Source of the DNA: Mobula hypostoma
Taxonomy: Eukaryota
DNA: 64,000 bases
Direction: 5' to 3'
NCBI RefSeq assembly: GCF_963921235.1
Contig: NC_086097.1
Location: 211,298,001 to 211,362,000 of the forward strand
Positions 1 through 12,957 of this stretch are shown here, one piece after another (positions within the stretch are counted from its first letter, which is position 1; the number at the start of each line of letters is the position of its first letter). Under the pieces are notes generated by a model. The model was given only the letters and a program-made list of their open reading frames with translations, was not told where the DNA came from and made no database searches. The position numbers and the translations under genes are program-made.

Positions 1-549
1 AAACGCAGATATAGGATATCCCTGTACCATAAGTGCTCTATGTGCTATCTGCTGTGTGCTGTTGGTAATGTGGTTTTCACCTAGGCCCTGGAGGCATGCT
101 GTTTCGTTTTTCTATATTCATGTATAGTAATTAAACTTTAACTTGAACTTGATCCAATATTAAAGCAGAAAATGTTGGAAACACTCAGCAGATTAGGTAT
201 CATCTGTGGAAGGAGTTAACATTTCTGGTTGAAGACCCCTTGATCATGAAGAGCATGTTTATGTGTCAGATATTGCCAGCAAAAAAAAATAACAAACATT
301 TCATACACCAGGAATTCTTGCTTTTTTATTTGATTCATACCCTCCATTACATGCGAATGGGAGATCCAATGGCTTCTAGAACAAATTTAGAAGAAACACT
401 TACACAGAACTTCAGTAATAATGCAAGATTAATCTTGAGATTTCAAACAAATTCCCAAAAGGATGTTCTTTTAAATAATCAAGACCTCAGTTTTGTCAAG
501 CTAATTTACTTTATTGTTGCAATTCACATTTACTTTGAGGTGATAGATA

Positions 550-679
550 TTACCCAATGTCAAATCACCAGTCCTCACAAGCTCTCTATGGAGTGCATAG
601 AATAATGTTGATCGAAGCTCCAGCCTTCCTGAGCTTTTGGCCACTTCTTAAGCAATCGAACAAGCAGGCAGGCCCGATA

Positions 680-741
<62 letters not shown>

Positions 742-950
742 CCCCCACCCCTTTAATCTCTTTAGCAAGCCCAAGTTTCATCCAACTTGTTACATGTTGC
801 ATTCCATAAAGCAACTAACTGTATTTTTGTTTATTCCTAGAACTAATATTGGAGTTGATCTGGCCACCATTTGACAAATCCAATCATGCTAAACATTGGG
901 TCAGCAAACATATCTTTGCTTTCTCTCAGTATCATTGTTCTGCTCTGCTC
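550..950 (-). pseudogene. Probable pseudo-exon split by a (GA)n microsatellite
   Basis: QLVALWNATCNKLDETW before, and ISGLPACSIA*EVAKSSGRLELRSTLFYALHREL after, the microsatellite. Confidence 0.35.
681..739. repeat. (CT)n microsatellite
   Basis: Direct dinucleotide run followed by a poly-C tract. Confidence 0.98.
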
Positions 951-1129
951 TGCTCTAAAGACCCCACAGTTTATTTCTCAGATAATCAGTGACCAATCCT
1001 TGATTAGACAAAATAATGTATAATAAGGGTTTTAACAATTAATGTGAATGCCACATTACACAATGCTAACACCTTAAATCATATGCATCTACGCGGGCAT
1101 GCTAATTACAGTGGGCTTTGGAGTTTTAC

Positions 1130-1330
1130 TTTCTCTATGAAATACAAAACAGAAAAAAAATGGTGCTGTCAGATGCACTATCGACTCTGTTACCAAAGGA
1201 AGAGTATGCTCTTGCAGATCTGCTGTGAAGCTACACTACATAATAAATTGTGACACCAATAAAACTGAGAAAGGTCAAAGAAACTGACAGAGATGAGGTG
1301 TTTCAGCTGCTTTCTCTGCAAGTAAAATAT
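1130..1330 (+). mobile_element. Ancient Gypsy pol remnant (RNase H end / linker)
   Basis: MKYK...MVLSDALSTL...IVTPIKLRKVKETDRDEVFQLL resembles the DALSR motif and linker of Gypsy pol. Confidence 0.55.
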
Positions 1331-1514
1331 GACAGAGAATTCAGCAGTAAATTCACCCAAAGAGAGGTGACAGTGTTGAAATTGCTATCACTGGGAGTGT
1401 TTGATGTAAATGAAGGGCTCTCACAGCTAACAGTTTAAAAAGTTTGTCTGTCTGGCGAGGTAAGTGGGTGAGTAGACTTATTTTTCCTGTTTCATTCCTG
1501 TAGAACTAGATAGC

Positions 1515-2450
1515 ATGCCTGCAGGGTTAGTGCTTTGTTCAGGGTGTCAGATGTGGGAATCCTGGGAGACTTCCAGCCTCCCTGATGGCCACATCTGCGC
1601 CAGGTGCACCGAGTTGCAGCTCCTCAGAGACCATGTTAGGGATCTGGAGCTGCAGCTTGATGACCTACTGCTTATCAGGGAAAGTGAAGAGGTGATAGAC
1701 AGGAGCTACAGGGAGGTAGTCATCCCTAGGCTACAGGGGTCAGAACACTGGGTCACTGTCAAGAGAGGGAAGGGAAATGCCCAGATAGTGGAGAGCACAC
1801 CTGTGGCTGTCCCCCTCTGCAACAAATATCTTGTTCTGGATGCTGTTGAGGGGGATGACCTGACAGGGGACGCCCACGGTGACCGGGTCTCTGGCACTGA
1901 GCCTGGCGCTGTTGTGCAGGAGAGAAGGAGGGAGAAGAGAAATGCGGTAGTCGTGGGGGATTCCATAGTCAGGGGAACAGACAGGAGATTCTGTGAGCCT
2001 GACAGAGATACCCGCATAGTGTGTTGCCTCCCAGGTGCCAGGGTACGGGATGTCTCAGATCGGGTCCTGGATATTCTAAAGGGGGAGGGTGAGCAGCCAG
2101 TTGTCTTGGTACATGTTGGTACCAATGACATAGATAGGACAAAGGAGGAGGTCCTGAAGAGAGATTTCCAGGAGTTAGGAAGGAAGCTGAGAAGCAGGAC
2201 CTCCAGGGTAGTAATCTCGGGATTGCTACCTGTGCCACGTGCTAGCGAGGGCAAGAGTAGTCGGATCAGGCAGATGAATGCTTGGCTGAGAGACTGGTGT
2301 AGGGGGCAGGGCTTCAGATTCTTGGATAATTGGGATCTCTTCTGGGGAAAGTATGACCTGTTCAAAAAGGACAGGTTACACCTGAACCTGAAGGGGACCA
2401 ATATCCTGGCGGGAAAGTTTAATAGAGCTGTAAGGGAGGGTTTAAACTAA
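1515..2450 (+). CDS. CR1 ORF1p, intact 311 aa: N-terminal zinc finger/leucine zipper plus SGNH (GDSL) esterase domain
   Basis: CxxC...CxxC, coiled coil, GDS, HVGTND and DRLHLN blocks; ATG to TAA uninterrupted. Confidence 0.85.
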   Translation: MPAGLVLCSGCQMWESWETSSLPDGHICARCTELQLLRDHVRDLELQLDDLLLIRESEEVIDRSYREVVIPRLQGSEHWVTVKRGKGNAQIVESTPVAVPLCNKYLVLDAVEGDDLTGDAHGDRVSGTEPGAVVQERRREKRNAVVVGDSIVRGTDRRFCEPDRDTRIVCCLPGARVRDVSDRVLDILKGEGEQPVVLVHVGTNDIDRTKEEVLKRDFQELGRKLRSRTSRVVISGLLPVPRASEGKSSRIRQMNAWLRDWCRGQGFRFLDNWDLFWGKYDLFKKDRLHLNLKGTNILAGKFNRAVREGLN

Positions 2451-4660
2451 TTTGGCAGGGGGATGGGAACCGGAATGATAGAGCGGAGGGAGGGAAAAAC
2501 AGAAATAAATCTAAGGTAGTGAGCAGTGAAGATGTCAGGAAAGACAGGCAGGTGATGGGGCAAATGTGTAGCCATTGGGATGAGTTGCAGTGCAATAAAG
2601 TTGCAGTGAAATCGAAGCAAAAAGTATCAAATACTGGTCTTAAGGTGTTGTACTTAAATGCACGCAGCATAAGGAGTAAGGTGGATGATCTTGTTGTACA
2701 GCTACAGATTGGCAGGTATGATATTGTGGCCATCACTGAGACCTGGCTAAAGGATGCATGCCTCTGGGAGCTGAACGTCCAAGGATACACGGTGTATCGG
2801 AAGGATAGGAAAGTAGGCAGAGGGGGAGGCATGGCTTTATTGGTAAGAAATGATATTAAATCATTAGAAAGAGGTGATATAGGATCGGAAGGTGCAGAAT
2901 CTTTATGGGTTGAGCTAAGGGATAGCAGGGGTAAAAGGACCCTGATGGCAGTTATTTATAGGCCTCCAAACAGCTGCAGTGATGTGGACCACAAATTACA
3001 ACTAGAAATAGAAAAGGCTTGTCAGAAGGGCAGTGTTATGATAATTGTGGGGGATTTTAACATGCAAGTAGATTGGAAAAATTAGGTCGGCACTGGATCT
3101 CAAGAGAGAGAATTTGTAGAATGTCTGCGAGATGGCTTTTTAGAACAGCTTGTTGTTGAGCCCACTAGGGGATCGGCTGTACTGGATTGGGTATTGTGTA
3201 ATGAACCGGAGGTGATTGGAGAGATTGAGGTGAAGGAACCCTTAGGAGGCAATGATCATAACATGATTGAGTTCACTGTGAAATTAGAAAAAGAGAAGCC
3301 GTAATCTGATGTGTCGGTGTTTCAGTGGAGTAAAGGAACTTACAGTGGCATGAGAGAGGAACTGGCCAAAGTTGACTGGAAAGGGACACTGGCAGGAAAG
3401 AGGGCAGAGCAGCAGTGGCTGGAGTTTATGCGAGAAATGAGGAATGTGCAAGACAGGTATATTCCAAAACAGAAGAAATTTTCGAGTGGAAAAAGGATGC
3501 AACCGTGGTTGACAAGAGAAGTCAAAGCCAAAGTTAAAGCAAAGGAGAGGGCATACAAGGAAGCAAAAATTAGTGGGAAGACAGAAGATTGGGAAATTTT
3601 TAAAACCTTACAAAAGGAAACCAAGAAGGTCATTAAGAGCGAAAAGATTAACTATGAAAGGAAACTAGCAAATAATATCAAAGAGGATACTAAAATCTTT
3701 TTCAAGAATATAAAGAGTAAAAGACAGGTGAGAGTAGATATAGGGCCGATAGAAAATGATACTGGAGAAATTGTAATGAGAGATGAGGAGGTGGCAGAGG
3801 AACTGAACAAGTATTTTGCATCATTCTTCACTGAGGAAGACAGCAGGATACCGGACACTCAAGGGTGGCAGGGAAGAGAAGTGTGCGCAGTCACAATTAC
3901 GACAGAGAAAGTACTCAGGAAGCTGAATAGGCTAAAGGTAAATAAATCTCCTGGACCAGATGGAATGCACCCTCGTGTTCTGAAGGAAGTAGCTGTGGAG
4001 ATTGCGGAGGCATTAGCGATGATCTTTCAAAAGTTGATAGATTCTGGCATGGTTCCGGAAGACTGGAAGATTACAAATGTCACTCCGCTATTTAAGAAGG
4101 GGGCAAGGAAGCAAAAAGGAAATTATAGACCTGTTAGCTTGATGTCGGAGGTTGGGAAGTTGTTGGAGTCGATTGTCAAGGATGAGGTTACAGAGTACCT
4201 GGAGGCATATAACAAAATAGGCAGAACTCAGCATGAATTCCTTAAAGGAAAATCCTGCCTGACAAACCTATTACAATTTTTTGAGGAAATTACCAGTAGG
4301 CTAGACAAGGGAGATGCAGTGGATGTTGTATATTTGGATTTTCAGAAGGCCTTTGACAAGGTACCACACATGAGGCTACTTATCAAGATAAGAGTCCATG
4401 GAATTACAGGAAAGTTACATACGTGGATAGAGCATTGGCTGATTGGCAGGAAACAGAGAGTGGGAATAAAGGGATCCTATTCTGGTTGGCTGCCGGTTAC
4501 CAGTGGTGTTCTACAGGGATCAGTGTTGGGGCCGCTTCTTTTTACATTGTACATCAATGATTTGGATTATGGAGAGCTTTGTGGCTAAGTCTGCTGACGA
4601 TACGAAGATAGGTGGAGGGGCCGGTAGTGCTGAGGAAATGGAGAGTCTGCAGAGAGATTT

Positions 4661-6836
4661 ACATAGAAACATAGAAACATAGAAAATAGGTGCAGGAGTA
4701 GGCCATTCGGCCCTTCGAGCCTGCACCGCCATTTATTATGATCATGGCTGATCATCCAACTCAGAACCCAGCCTTCCCTCCATACCCCCTGACCCCTGTA
4801 GCCACAAGGGCCATATCTAACTTCCTTTTAAACATAGCTAATGAACTGGCCTCAACAGTTTGCTGTGGCAGAGAATTCCACAGATTCACCACTCTCTGTG
4901 TGAAGAAGTTTTTCCTAATCTCGGTCCTAAAAGGCTTCCCCTCTATCCTCAAACTGTGACCCCTCGTTCTGGACCTCCCCAACATCGGGAACAATCTTCC
5001 TGCATCTAGCCTGTCCAATCCCTTTAGGATCTTATACGTTTCAATCAGATCCCCCCTCAATCTTCTAAATTCCAACGAGTACAAGCCCAGTTCATCCAGT
5101 CTTTCTTCATATGAAAGACCTGCCATCCCAGGAATCAATCTGGTGAACCTTCTTTGTACTCCCTCCATGGCAAAGATATCTTTCCTCAGATTAGGGGACC
5201 AAAACTGCACACAATACTCCAGGTGTGGTCTCACCAAGGCCTTGTACAACTGCAGTAGTACCTCCCTGCTCCTGTACTCGAATCCTCTCGCTATAAATGC
5301 CAGCATACCATTCGCCTTTTTCACCGCCTGCTGTACCTGCATGCCCACTTTCAATGACTGGTGTATAATGACACCCAGGTCTCGTTGCACCTCCCCTTTT
5401 CCTAATCGGCCACCATTCAGATAATAATCTGTTTTCCTATTTTTGCCACCAAAGTGGATAACTTCACATTTATCCACATTAAATTGCATCTGCCATGAGT
5501 TTGCCCACTCACCCAACCTATCCAAGTCACCCTGCATCCTCTTAGCATCCTCCTCACTGCTAACACTGCCACCCAGCTTCGTGTCATCCGCAAACTTGGA
5601 GATGCTGCATTTAATTCCCTCATCCAAGTCATTAATATATATTGTAAACAACTGGGGTCCCAGCACTGAGCCTTGCGGTACCCCACTAGTCACCGCCTGC
5701 CATTCTGAAAAGGTCCCGTTTATTCCCACTCTTTGCTTCCTGTCTGCTAACCAATTCTCCACCCACACCAATACCTTACCCCCAATACCGTGTGCTTTAA
5801 GTTTGCACACTAATCACCTGTGTGGGACCTTGTCAAAAGTCTTTTGAAAATCCAAATATACCACATCCACTGGTTCCCCCTTATCCACTCTACTAGTTAC
5901 ATCCTCAAAAAATTCTATGAGATTCGTCAGACATGATTTTCCTTTCACAAATCCATGCTGACTTTGTCCGATCATTTCACCGCTTTCCAAATGTGCTGTT
6001 ATCACATCCTTGATAACTGACTCCAGCAGTTTCCCCATCACCGACGTTAGGCTAACCGGCCTATAATTCCCCGGTTTCTCTCTCCCTCCTTTTTTAAAAA
6101 GTGGGGTTACATTAGCCACCCTCCAATCCTCAGGAACTAGTCCAGAATCTAATGAGTTTTGAAAAATTATCACTAATGCATCCACTATTTCTTGGGCTAC
6201 TTCCTTAAGCACTCTGGGATGCAGACCATCTGGCCCTGGGGATTTATCTGCCTTCAATCCCTTCAATTTACCTAACACCACTTCCCTACTAACATGTATT
6301 TCGCTCAGTTCCTCCATCTCACTGGACCCTCTGTCCCTTACTATTTCTGGAAGATTATTTATGTCCTCCTTAGTGAAGACAGAACCAAAGTAATTATTCA
6401 ATTGGTCTGCCATGTCCTTGCTCCCCATAATCAATTCACCTGTTTCTGTTTGCAGGGGACCTACATTTGTCTTTATCAGTCTTTTCCTTTTTACATATCT
6501 ATAAAAGCTTTTACAGTCCGTTTTTATGTTCTCTGCCAGTTTTCTCTCATAATCTTTTTTCCCCTTCCTAATTAAGCCCTTTGTCCTCCTCTGCTGAACT
6601 CTGAATTTCTCCCAGTCCTCAGGTGAGCCACTTTCTCTGGCTAATTTGTATGCTACTTCTTTGGAATTGATACTATCCCTAATTTCTCTTGTCAGCCACG
6701 GGTGCACTACCTTCCTTGATTTATTCTTTTGCCAAACTGGGATGAACAATTGTTGTAGTTCATCCATGCAACCTTTAAATGCCTGCCATTGCATATCCAC
6801 CGTCAATCCTTTAAGTGTCATTTGCCAGTCTATCTT
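4661..6836 (-). mobile_element. 5'-truncated young CR1 (family B) RT region
   Basis: ORFs 5814-6887 and 4761-5810 separated by a single TGA; FADD motif; (TTTCTATG)n tail; TSD agattt at 4655-4660 and 6837-6842. Confidence 0.95.
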
Positions 6837-8922
6837 AGATTTGGATAGATTGGAAGAATGGGCAGAGAAGTGGCAAATGAAGTACAATGTTGGAAAGTGT
6901 ATGGTTATGCACTATGGTAGAAAAAATAAACGGGCAGACTATTATTTAAATGGGGAAAGAATTCAAAGTTCTGAGATGCAACGGGACTTGGGAGTCCTCG
7001 TACAGGATTCCCTTAAAGTTAACCTCCAGGTTGAGTCAGTAGTGAAGAAGGCGAATGGAATGTTGGCATTCATTACTAGAGTATAGGAGCAGGGATGTGA
7101 TGTTGAGGCTCTATAAGGCACTGGTGAGACCTCACTTGGAGTACTGTGGGCAGTTTTGGTCTCCTTATTTAAGAAAGGATGTGCTGACGTTGGAGAGGGT
7201 ACAGAGAAGATTCACTAGAATGATTCCGGGAATGAGAGGGTTAACATATGAGGAACGTTTGTCCGCTCTTGGACTGTATTCCTTGGAGTTTAGAAGAATG
7301 AGGGGAGACCTCATAGAAACATTTCGAATGTTAAAAGGCATGGACAGAGTGAATGTGGCAAAGTTGTTTCCCATGATGGGGGGAGTCTAGTACGAGAGGG
7401 CATGACTTAAGGATTGAAGGGCGCCCTTTCAGAACAGAAATGCGAAGAAATTTTTTTAGTCAGAGGGTGGTGAATCTATGGAATTTGTTGGCACGGGCAG
7501 CAGTAGAGGCCAAGTCATTGGGTGTATTTAAGGCAGAGATTGATAGGTATCTGCGTAGCCAGGGCATCAAAGGTTATGGTGAGAAGGCAGGGGAGTGGGA
7601 CTAAATAGGATAAAATGGATCAGCTCATGATAAAATAGCGGAGCAGACTCAATAGGCCGAATGGCCTACCTCTGCTCCTTTGTCTTATGGTCTTATGGTC
7701 TAAGAGAGATAAGTAAAAAAGGTCAGGATAAGCTTAAGAGTGAGAATAGCATGATGATTGTTCTGATAGATTTGTTTGAGGAAAAACAAGACGAGGACCA
7801 ATTGAACATAAATTTGATGTGGTCTGAATGGGCTAAATGGCCAATTTCTGTACCAGATATCCTTTATATTCCGATGTTTGTAATTACTTTGTTGGAGTCC
7901 TGAACAAGTGAAACAGACCCACCTCACAATAGGACGTTATGAGTCTCACAAAGAAATGGTGTGCTCTTGGCAGAATCCAGTATCATCATTCACAGAAGGT
8001 GCAAGGAGAATTATTCCAAGATACAGGAAGGCCACAAGGCTATACTGCTTAGCACTGCTACCACAGAAAGCTGATCACGATAACACTCATGGTCTTGGTT
8101 TCCAAACAGTCACAAGTACATTTTCCCCATACTTCAAAAAAGACATTGGCCAGTTTGAACTCTGCTCTGCTGGGAAATGGGCACAAATCGCTGCAGTCTG
8201 CAATAGCTCCCAAAGGTGATTTCATTGCCTCTGACCTCATTGTGCAGTGGACCATTGAAGCAATGTGCTGAGGCTGGCTGTGAGGACTGGTATTGGGCAG
8301 GATAGGGTGAGTGATGTGATATCAGGCTCAGGGCTCCTCTGCAGATGGCACAGTGGGTGAGGCCAGTGGGAGCAGACTGCTCAGATCCCTCATCTCTCAT
8401 CAGCTCGCACTGGATGTGATAGAAGCTGCTAACTCCCCCTCTCTCAGCTCCCCACAGCTCTTCCCAAGTAAATGCATTCACTGTGGGAACAAGATCAAGA
8501 CCAAATAACAATCTCTGCCCTTGATACCACGAAGAAATCTTTGGGCAGGGGAGAGATATGCAGCCAAGCAAAAGTAAGAGAAAGCTACAGCTTCCATCAC
8601 ATCCAGTGTCACATAATACGTAAGACCATAAGAGCCAAGCGTTCGGTCAACAATGAACTAGCCATTTACATTATTTGCTTATTTATTACTATTGTCAATT
8701 TTTTATGTATTTACATATTTTATCTTCTTTTGCACACTGGTTGCTTGTCAGTTTTTGTTTGTGTGTAGTTCTTCATTGATTATATTGTATTTATTGTTCT
8801 ACAGTGAATGCCTGCAAGAAAATGCAACTCCTGGTAGTACATTGCGACATATACATATTTAGAAAGTTATGATGGCTCTCCCTCACCGAGCCAGCCAGAG
8901 ATCAACTCAGCAGTAGGAAGCT

Positions 8923-9849
8923 TCAGAATCAGAATCAGGTTTATTATCACTGGCATGTGACGTCAAATTTGTTAACTTGGCAGCAGCAATTCAAAGCAAT
9001 ACATAATCTAACTGAGAGAGAGAAAAAAATAATAAATAAACAAGTAAATCAATTACATATATTGAGTAGATTTAAAATATGTGAAAAACAGAAATACTGT
9101 GCAGGGTATATTGAAAAAAGTGTCCAAAGATCCAATGTCCATTTAGGAATCGGATGGCAGAGGAGAAGAAGCTGTCCCTGAATCACTGAGTGTGTGTCTT
9201 CAGGCTTCTGTATCTCCTACCTGATGGTAACAGTGAGAAAAGGGCATGCCTGGGTGCTGGAGGTCCTTAATAATAGATGCTGACTTTCTGAGATACCACT
9301 CCCTGAAGATGTCCTGGGTACTTTGTAGGCTAGTACCCAAGATGGAGCTGACTAGATTTACAACCTTCTGCAGCTTCTTTCGGTCCTGTGCAGTAGCCCC
9401 TCCATACCAGTGATGCAGCCTGTCAGAATGCTCTCCACTGTACAACTATAGAAGTTTTTGAGTGTATTTGTTGACACGCCAAATCTCTTCAAACTCCTAA
9501 TAAAGTATAGCTGCTGTCTTGCCTTCCTTACAACTACATCGATATGTTGAGACCAGGTTAGATCCTCCGAGATCTCGACTTCGAGGAACTTGAAACTGCT
9601 CACTCTCTCCACTTCTGATCCCTCTGTGAGGATTGGTATGTGTTCCTTCGTCTTACTCCTCCTAAAGTACACAGTCAGCTCTTTCATCTTAATGATGTTG
9701 AGTGCCGGGTTGTTACTGTGGCACCATTCCACTAGTTGGCATATCTCACTCCTGTCGCCCTCTCGTCACCACCTGAGATTCTACCAACAATGATTGTATC
9801 ATCAGCACATTTATATATGGTATTTGAGCTATGCCTAGCCACACAGTCA
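8923..9849 (-). mobile_element. Rex1/Babar-like LINE 3' portion
   Basis: WC..NN.ALN..K.KEL...FKFL...LTWS...ARQQLYF RT C-terminus; (TCTGAT)n tail. Confidence 0.8.
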
Positions 9850-10139
9850 CTGATCATCCAGGCTATCCAGCACCAACCATCAGAGGCAGCCATTGCACAT
9901 TGTCATGGTAGCTCACTCCAGACTGATCCTGCAGCAATTAGTTTGCTCTGATTCGTTGGTGAGGAATACCAGCAGAGGGCTGAGCCATCAGAAATTAGTG
10001 CCCAGCACAGCAGTGGACAGCTGCTGGGAGGGCAGGCATCACACCATGTTCTCAATCTTCGTGCACTCTCAACCCCGGCACCAACTGAGGTAGCAGTGGA
10101 TATAGAGAAGTGCAATCTCAGAGCTAGATCAGCAAAATA

Positions 10140-10385
10140 ATTCAGCCAAAGGGTGGTGAATCTGTGGAACTTGTTGCCACAGGCGGCTGTGGGGGGGCAA
10201 GTCATTGGGTGCATTTAAAGTGGATGTTAATAGTTTCTTGATTAGTGAGGGCATGGAAGATTACGGGGAGAAGACAGGGGAATGAGGTTGAGAAGGACGT
10301 GGATTAGCCATGATGAAATGGCGGAGCAGACTCGATGGCCCAATGGTCTAATTCTGCACCTATGTCTTATGATCCTATGGTCTTG
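10140..10385 (+). mobile_element. CR1 3' end fragment
   Basis: gggtggtgaatctgtggaa motif and CR1 3' UTR/tail. Confidence 0.8.
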
Positions 10386-10399
10386 TACTGGCTTTATAT

Positions 10400-12070
10400 C
10401 TACTATATTATATTGTGGTGCATACCTGAAATGCAGAAATGTATGAGAAGAAGCAAAGACTAAGGACACTGAGGTATGACTGAGCCTATGAGACACTAGC
10501 AATTGAATTATTCAAATGTGGCTAATGATTGTGGACTGATACTTCAAGTAGTTATACATCAGAAGGATGAACACTTTGAAAGCTAAAAAATTACACAGCA
10601 AATTGAATCACATTTGCCGAACAGAAAATTCCTGAGGAAATGCTGGAAGACAGCGGAACCCAATTTACTTCTGGAGAATTTAGAGTTGTGGAATGATTTG
10701 GTTCAATATTGGAAGCCTATTACCACACTTCTCCAGAACATGTTGTGACGAGAGTACACATAGATTAAGATGTTAGCTGTCCTGTGCTGGCACCAGTGGG
10801 ATCAGCAGTTGGTCTGCCACCTGTCTTCAGGAGAAAGCGAGATAATAAAAACAATGGAGCAGCATTTGGAGATGTTAATGAAGGGACGGGAGAGTTTAAC
10901 GGAAGGAGAGCTGTCAAGATCAGCTCCCACTTTGAACCCTGAACTGTTTGATGTGATGGACAGGCGATACCCCAGCAGGGGGATAAAAAGGGACAGGTTC
11001 GCTAAGGCAGGACACACACACCACACCCTGAGGTAACGAGACCCTGGAAGCGGTGCGTCTCCCACAAGTCGGTGGGAGGTTTTGGAGGGCTGGTCGCGGG
11101 ACAAGCCATAGACGGACAGGGTGGAAAGGTACGATCGGCGGGAACCTGGTGTGTGTCCGCCCTTGCCTGGGTGCCAGGTTTCACCACAGAGAAACGATCG
11201 TATCTGGAAATGGGGGGGTCACAGTCGGTGACCTCAGAAGACATCACAAAGGGCTCGCCCGAAAGCTGACTGTGAAGAATATCGAAGTTCTGTGTGGAAG
11301 CTGTTTGAATATTCATTCCTTTTTGCTCTCTCTCTCCTTCCCCCCACTGTCCATTGCCACGGCAGTGATTACTGTGAACTGAATTGAACTCAGTTGAACT
11401 GAACTTTGCGTCACTTTGAAACTGGTCATTTACCCCTAGACGACGATAGAGCTTGATTGATCCTGTTATCCTAATTCTGTGTACATGTGTGTTTATCATT
11501 GCTGAACTGTTGCATTTATTATCCTTTTGATTAGAGTACTGTGTTGCTTGTTTCTTTAATAAAACTCTCTTAGTTCCAGTAATCCAGACTCCAACTGAGT
11601 GATCCATTTCTGCTGGTTTGGCAACCCAGTTACGGGGTACGTAACAATGTGTTTCCACGGGAAGTTCTATCCAAACAGTAATGAGCATGCTTATTAAGTA
11701 CAGAGCAACAAAGGAAAACTCAAACCTTGCCTTCTTGTCACTTCTTAAATTGCCATCAGAGCTACTGAATAGCAGAAAGTACACAACATTACCAAGCAAA
11801 ATATATCCTCCATATAATGAAGAAAGAAGAAGACAGCAACAAAGTATTGCAAAAGTGAGAGGAAATGAACACAGTATAAACCATGTCAAATCATTACCTG
11901 ACTTGTTCAGCGAGGAAGCCATGCTCCAACAACAGTTATGGAAACTTAGAAACCCTGCCAATGTCATGGATAAATTTGATACCACAAAGCTCACACATTG
12001 TCATGATGAAGACAACATGATAGGTAAGATGGAAGAGAATCAATATCTGGCCTGCGAAGGAACTGTTTAT
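10400..12070 (+). mobile_element. Ancient Gypsy integrase remnant, split by solo LTR 10744-11646
   Basis: IPEEMLEDSGTQFTSGEF (integrase D.G.QF core), then LIKYRAT...PSELLNSRKYTTLP. Confidence 0.65.
10744..11646 (+). mobile_element. Solo LTR
   Basis: TGTGAC...GTAACA termini, TSD atgt on both sides, internal AATAAA; homologous to 31220-32090. Confidence 0.9.
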
Positions 12071-12678
12071 TAGCAGGAACAGTGAGTTTATACTTTACAA
12101 TGGTGACAAAAAAAAATAACATCACCAAAACAATGCACCAACTCATTATTAAGAGGAATGATTACATCCATTGACAAACCGAAGATACATCTTCATACTA
12201 CCTGGGCAATATTGTTAACAATGGTTCAAAAATGTGGCAAATAAGATTGAAGTTAAAACAAAAGCTTGAAAGAAACTAAAGAATTTTTCAAATGTTATAT
12301 TATTGAAAGAAGCAGGAAAGAAAATGTAACTATGTTATTATTGGCACCAGTATACTATTTGTATTAATTGTATCTTAGCACTCACAATAGCAAACTGTTC
12401 TCTGTGGTAAACACACTGTATCCCTTGGCAGCACGTGGCTTGTGGTCTGAAAATAAACATGATGTAAACCATGGATCAGAGACCTAAATGGTAATTAAGA
12501 AGGAGAGATCGTGGAACAACGAGACCAGGTAATAGCTCCATTGTCATTTTCTGTTAGCAGTGTATGTACAATGCAGCAGCTTTAATTGGAATGCCACTTG
12601 ACCTGAACCCTATATCAATGAATATTTTCTCTAGAGTGGCTAGTTTCTAATTATACCTGAGAACATCTATGAGTTATT

Positions 12679-12957
12679 AGGGTGGCACGGTAGCATAGTG
12701 GTTAGCACAACGTTTTACAGTTCCAGCGACCCAGGTTCAATTCCTGCCACTGCCTGTAAGGGGTTTGTACATTTCCCCATGAACATGTGGGTTTCCTCTG
12801 GGCACTCTGGTTTCCTCCCACAGTCCAAAGGCCCACTGGCCAGCAGGTTGACTGGTAATTGTAAATTGCCCATGATTTGGCTAGGGTTAAATTGAGGTTT
12901 TCTGGGCAGTACAGCTTGAAGGGCCAGAATGGTCTAGTCCATGCTGTATCTCAACAA
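12679..12957 (+). mobile_element. tRNA-derived SINE (HE1/V-SINE-like)
   Basis: Pol III A/B boxes (tagcatagtgg; ggttcaattcc) followed by a V-domain-like gggtttcctctgggcactctggtttcctcccaca. Confidence 0.8.

Larger units (their letters stand above)
1340..7700 (+). mobile_element. Near full-length CR1 LINE (family A), interrupted by an antisense CR1 at 4661-6836
   Basis: ORF1, then APE endonuclease (LYLNARS, ITETWL, GDFN) and RT (YLDFQKAFD, QGSVLGP, ADD), resuming at 6837; (TCTTATGG)n-type tail at about 7680-7700. 5' end approximate. Confidence 0.93.

Noticed and set aside
575..814. ER-repeat / LS-repeat ORFs
   Set aside because: Translations of the (CT)n microsatellite.
1706..2401. Long antisense ORFs over CR1 (also 37939-38715, 5443-5847, 39529-39918)
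   Set aside because: Shadow frames of retroelement coding sequence.
4661..4690. Short direct repeats as a CRISPR array or satellite
   Set aside because: Octamer tails of CR1 elements; no spacers; eukaryotic DNA.
11002..11994. 330-aa minus-strand ORF with hydrophobic stretch (env-like?)
   Set aside because: Spans the junction of a Gypsy remnant and a solo LTR in antisense; the second LTR copy lacks the continuous frame.
12679..12760. tRNA gene (also the head of 49277-49566)
   Set aside because: tRNA-like SINE heads continuing into SINE bodies; no complete cloverleaf.
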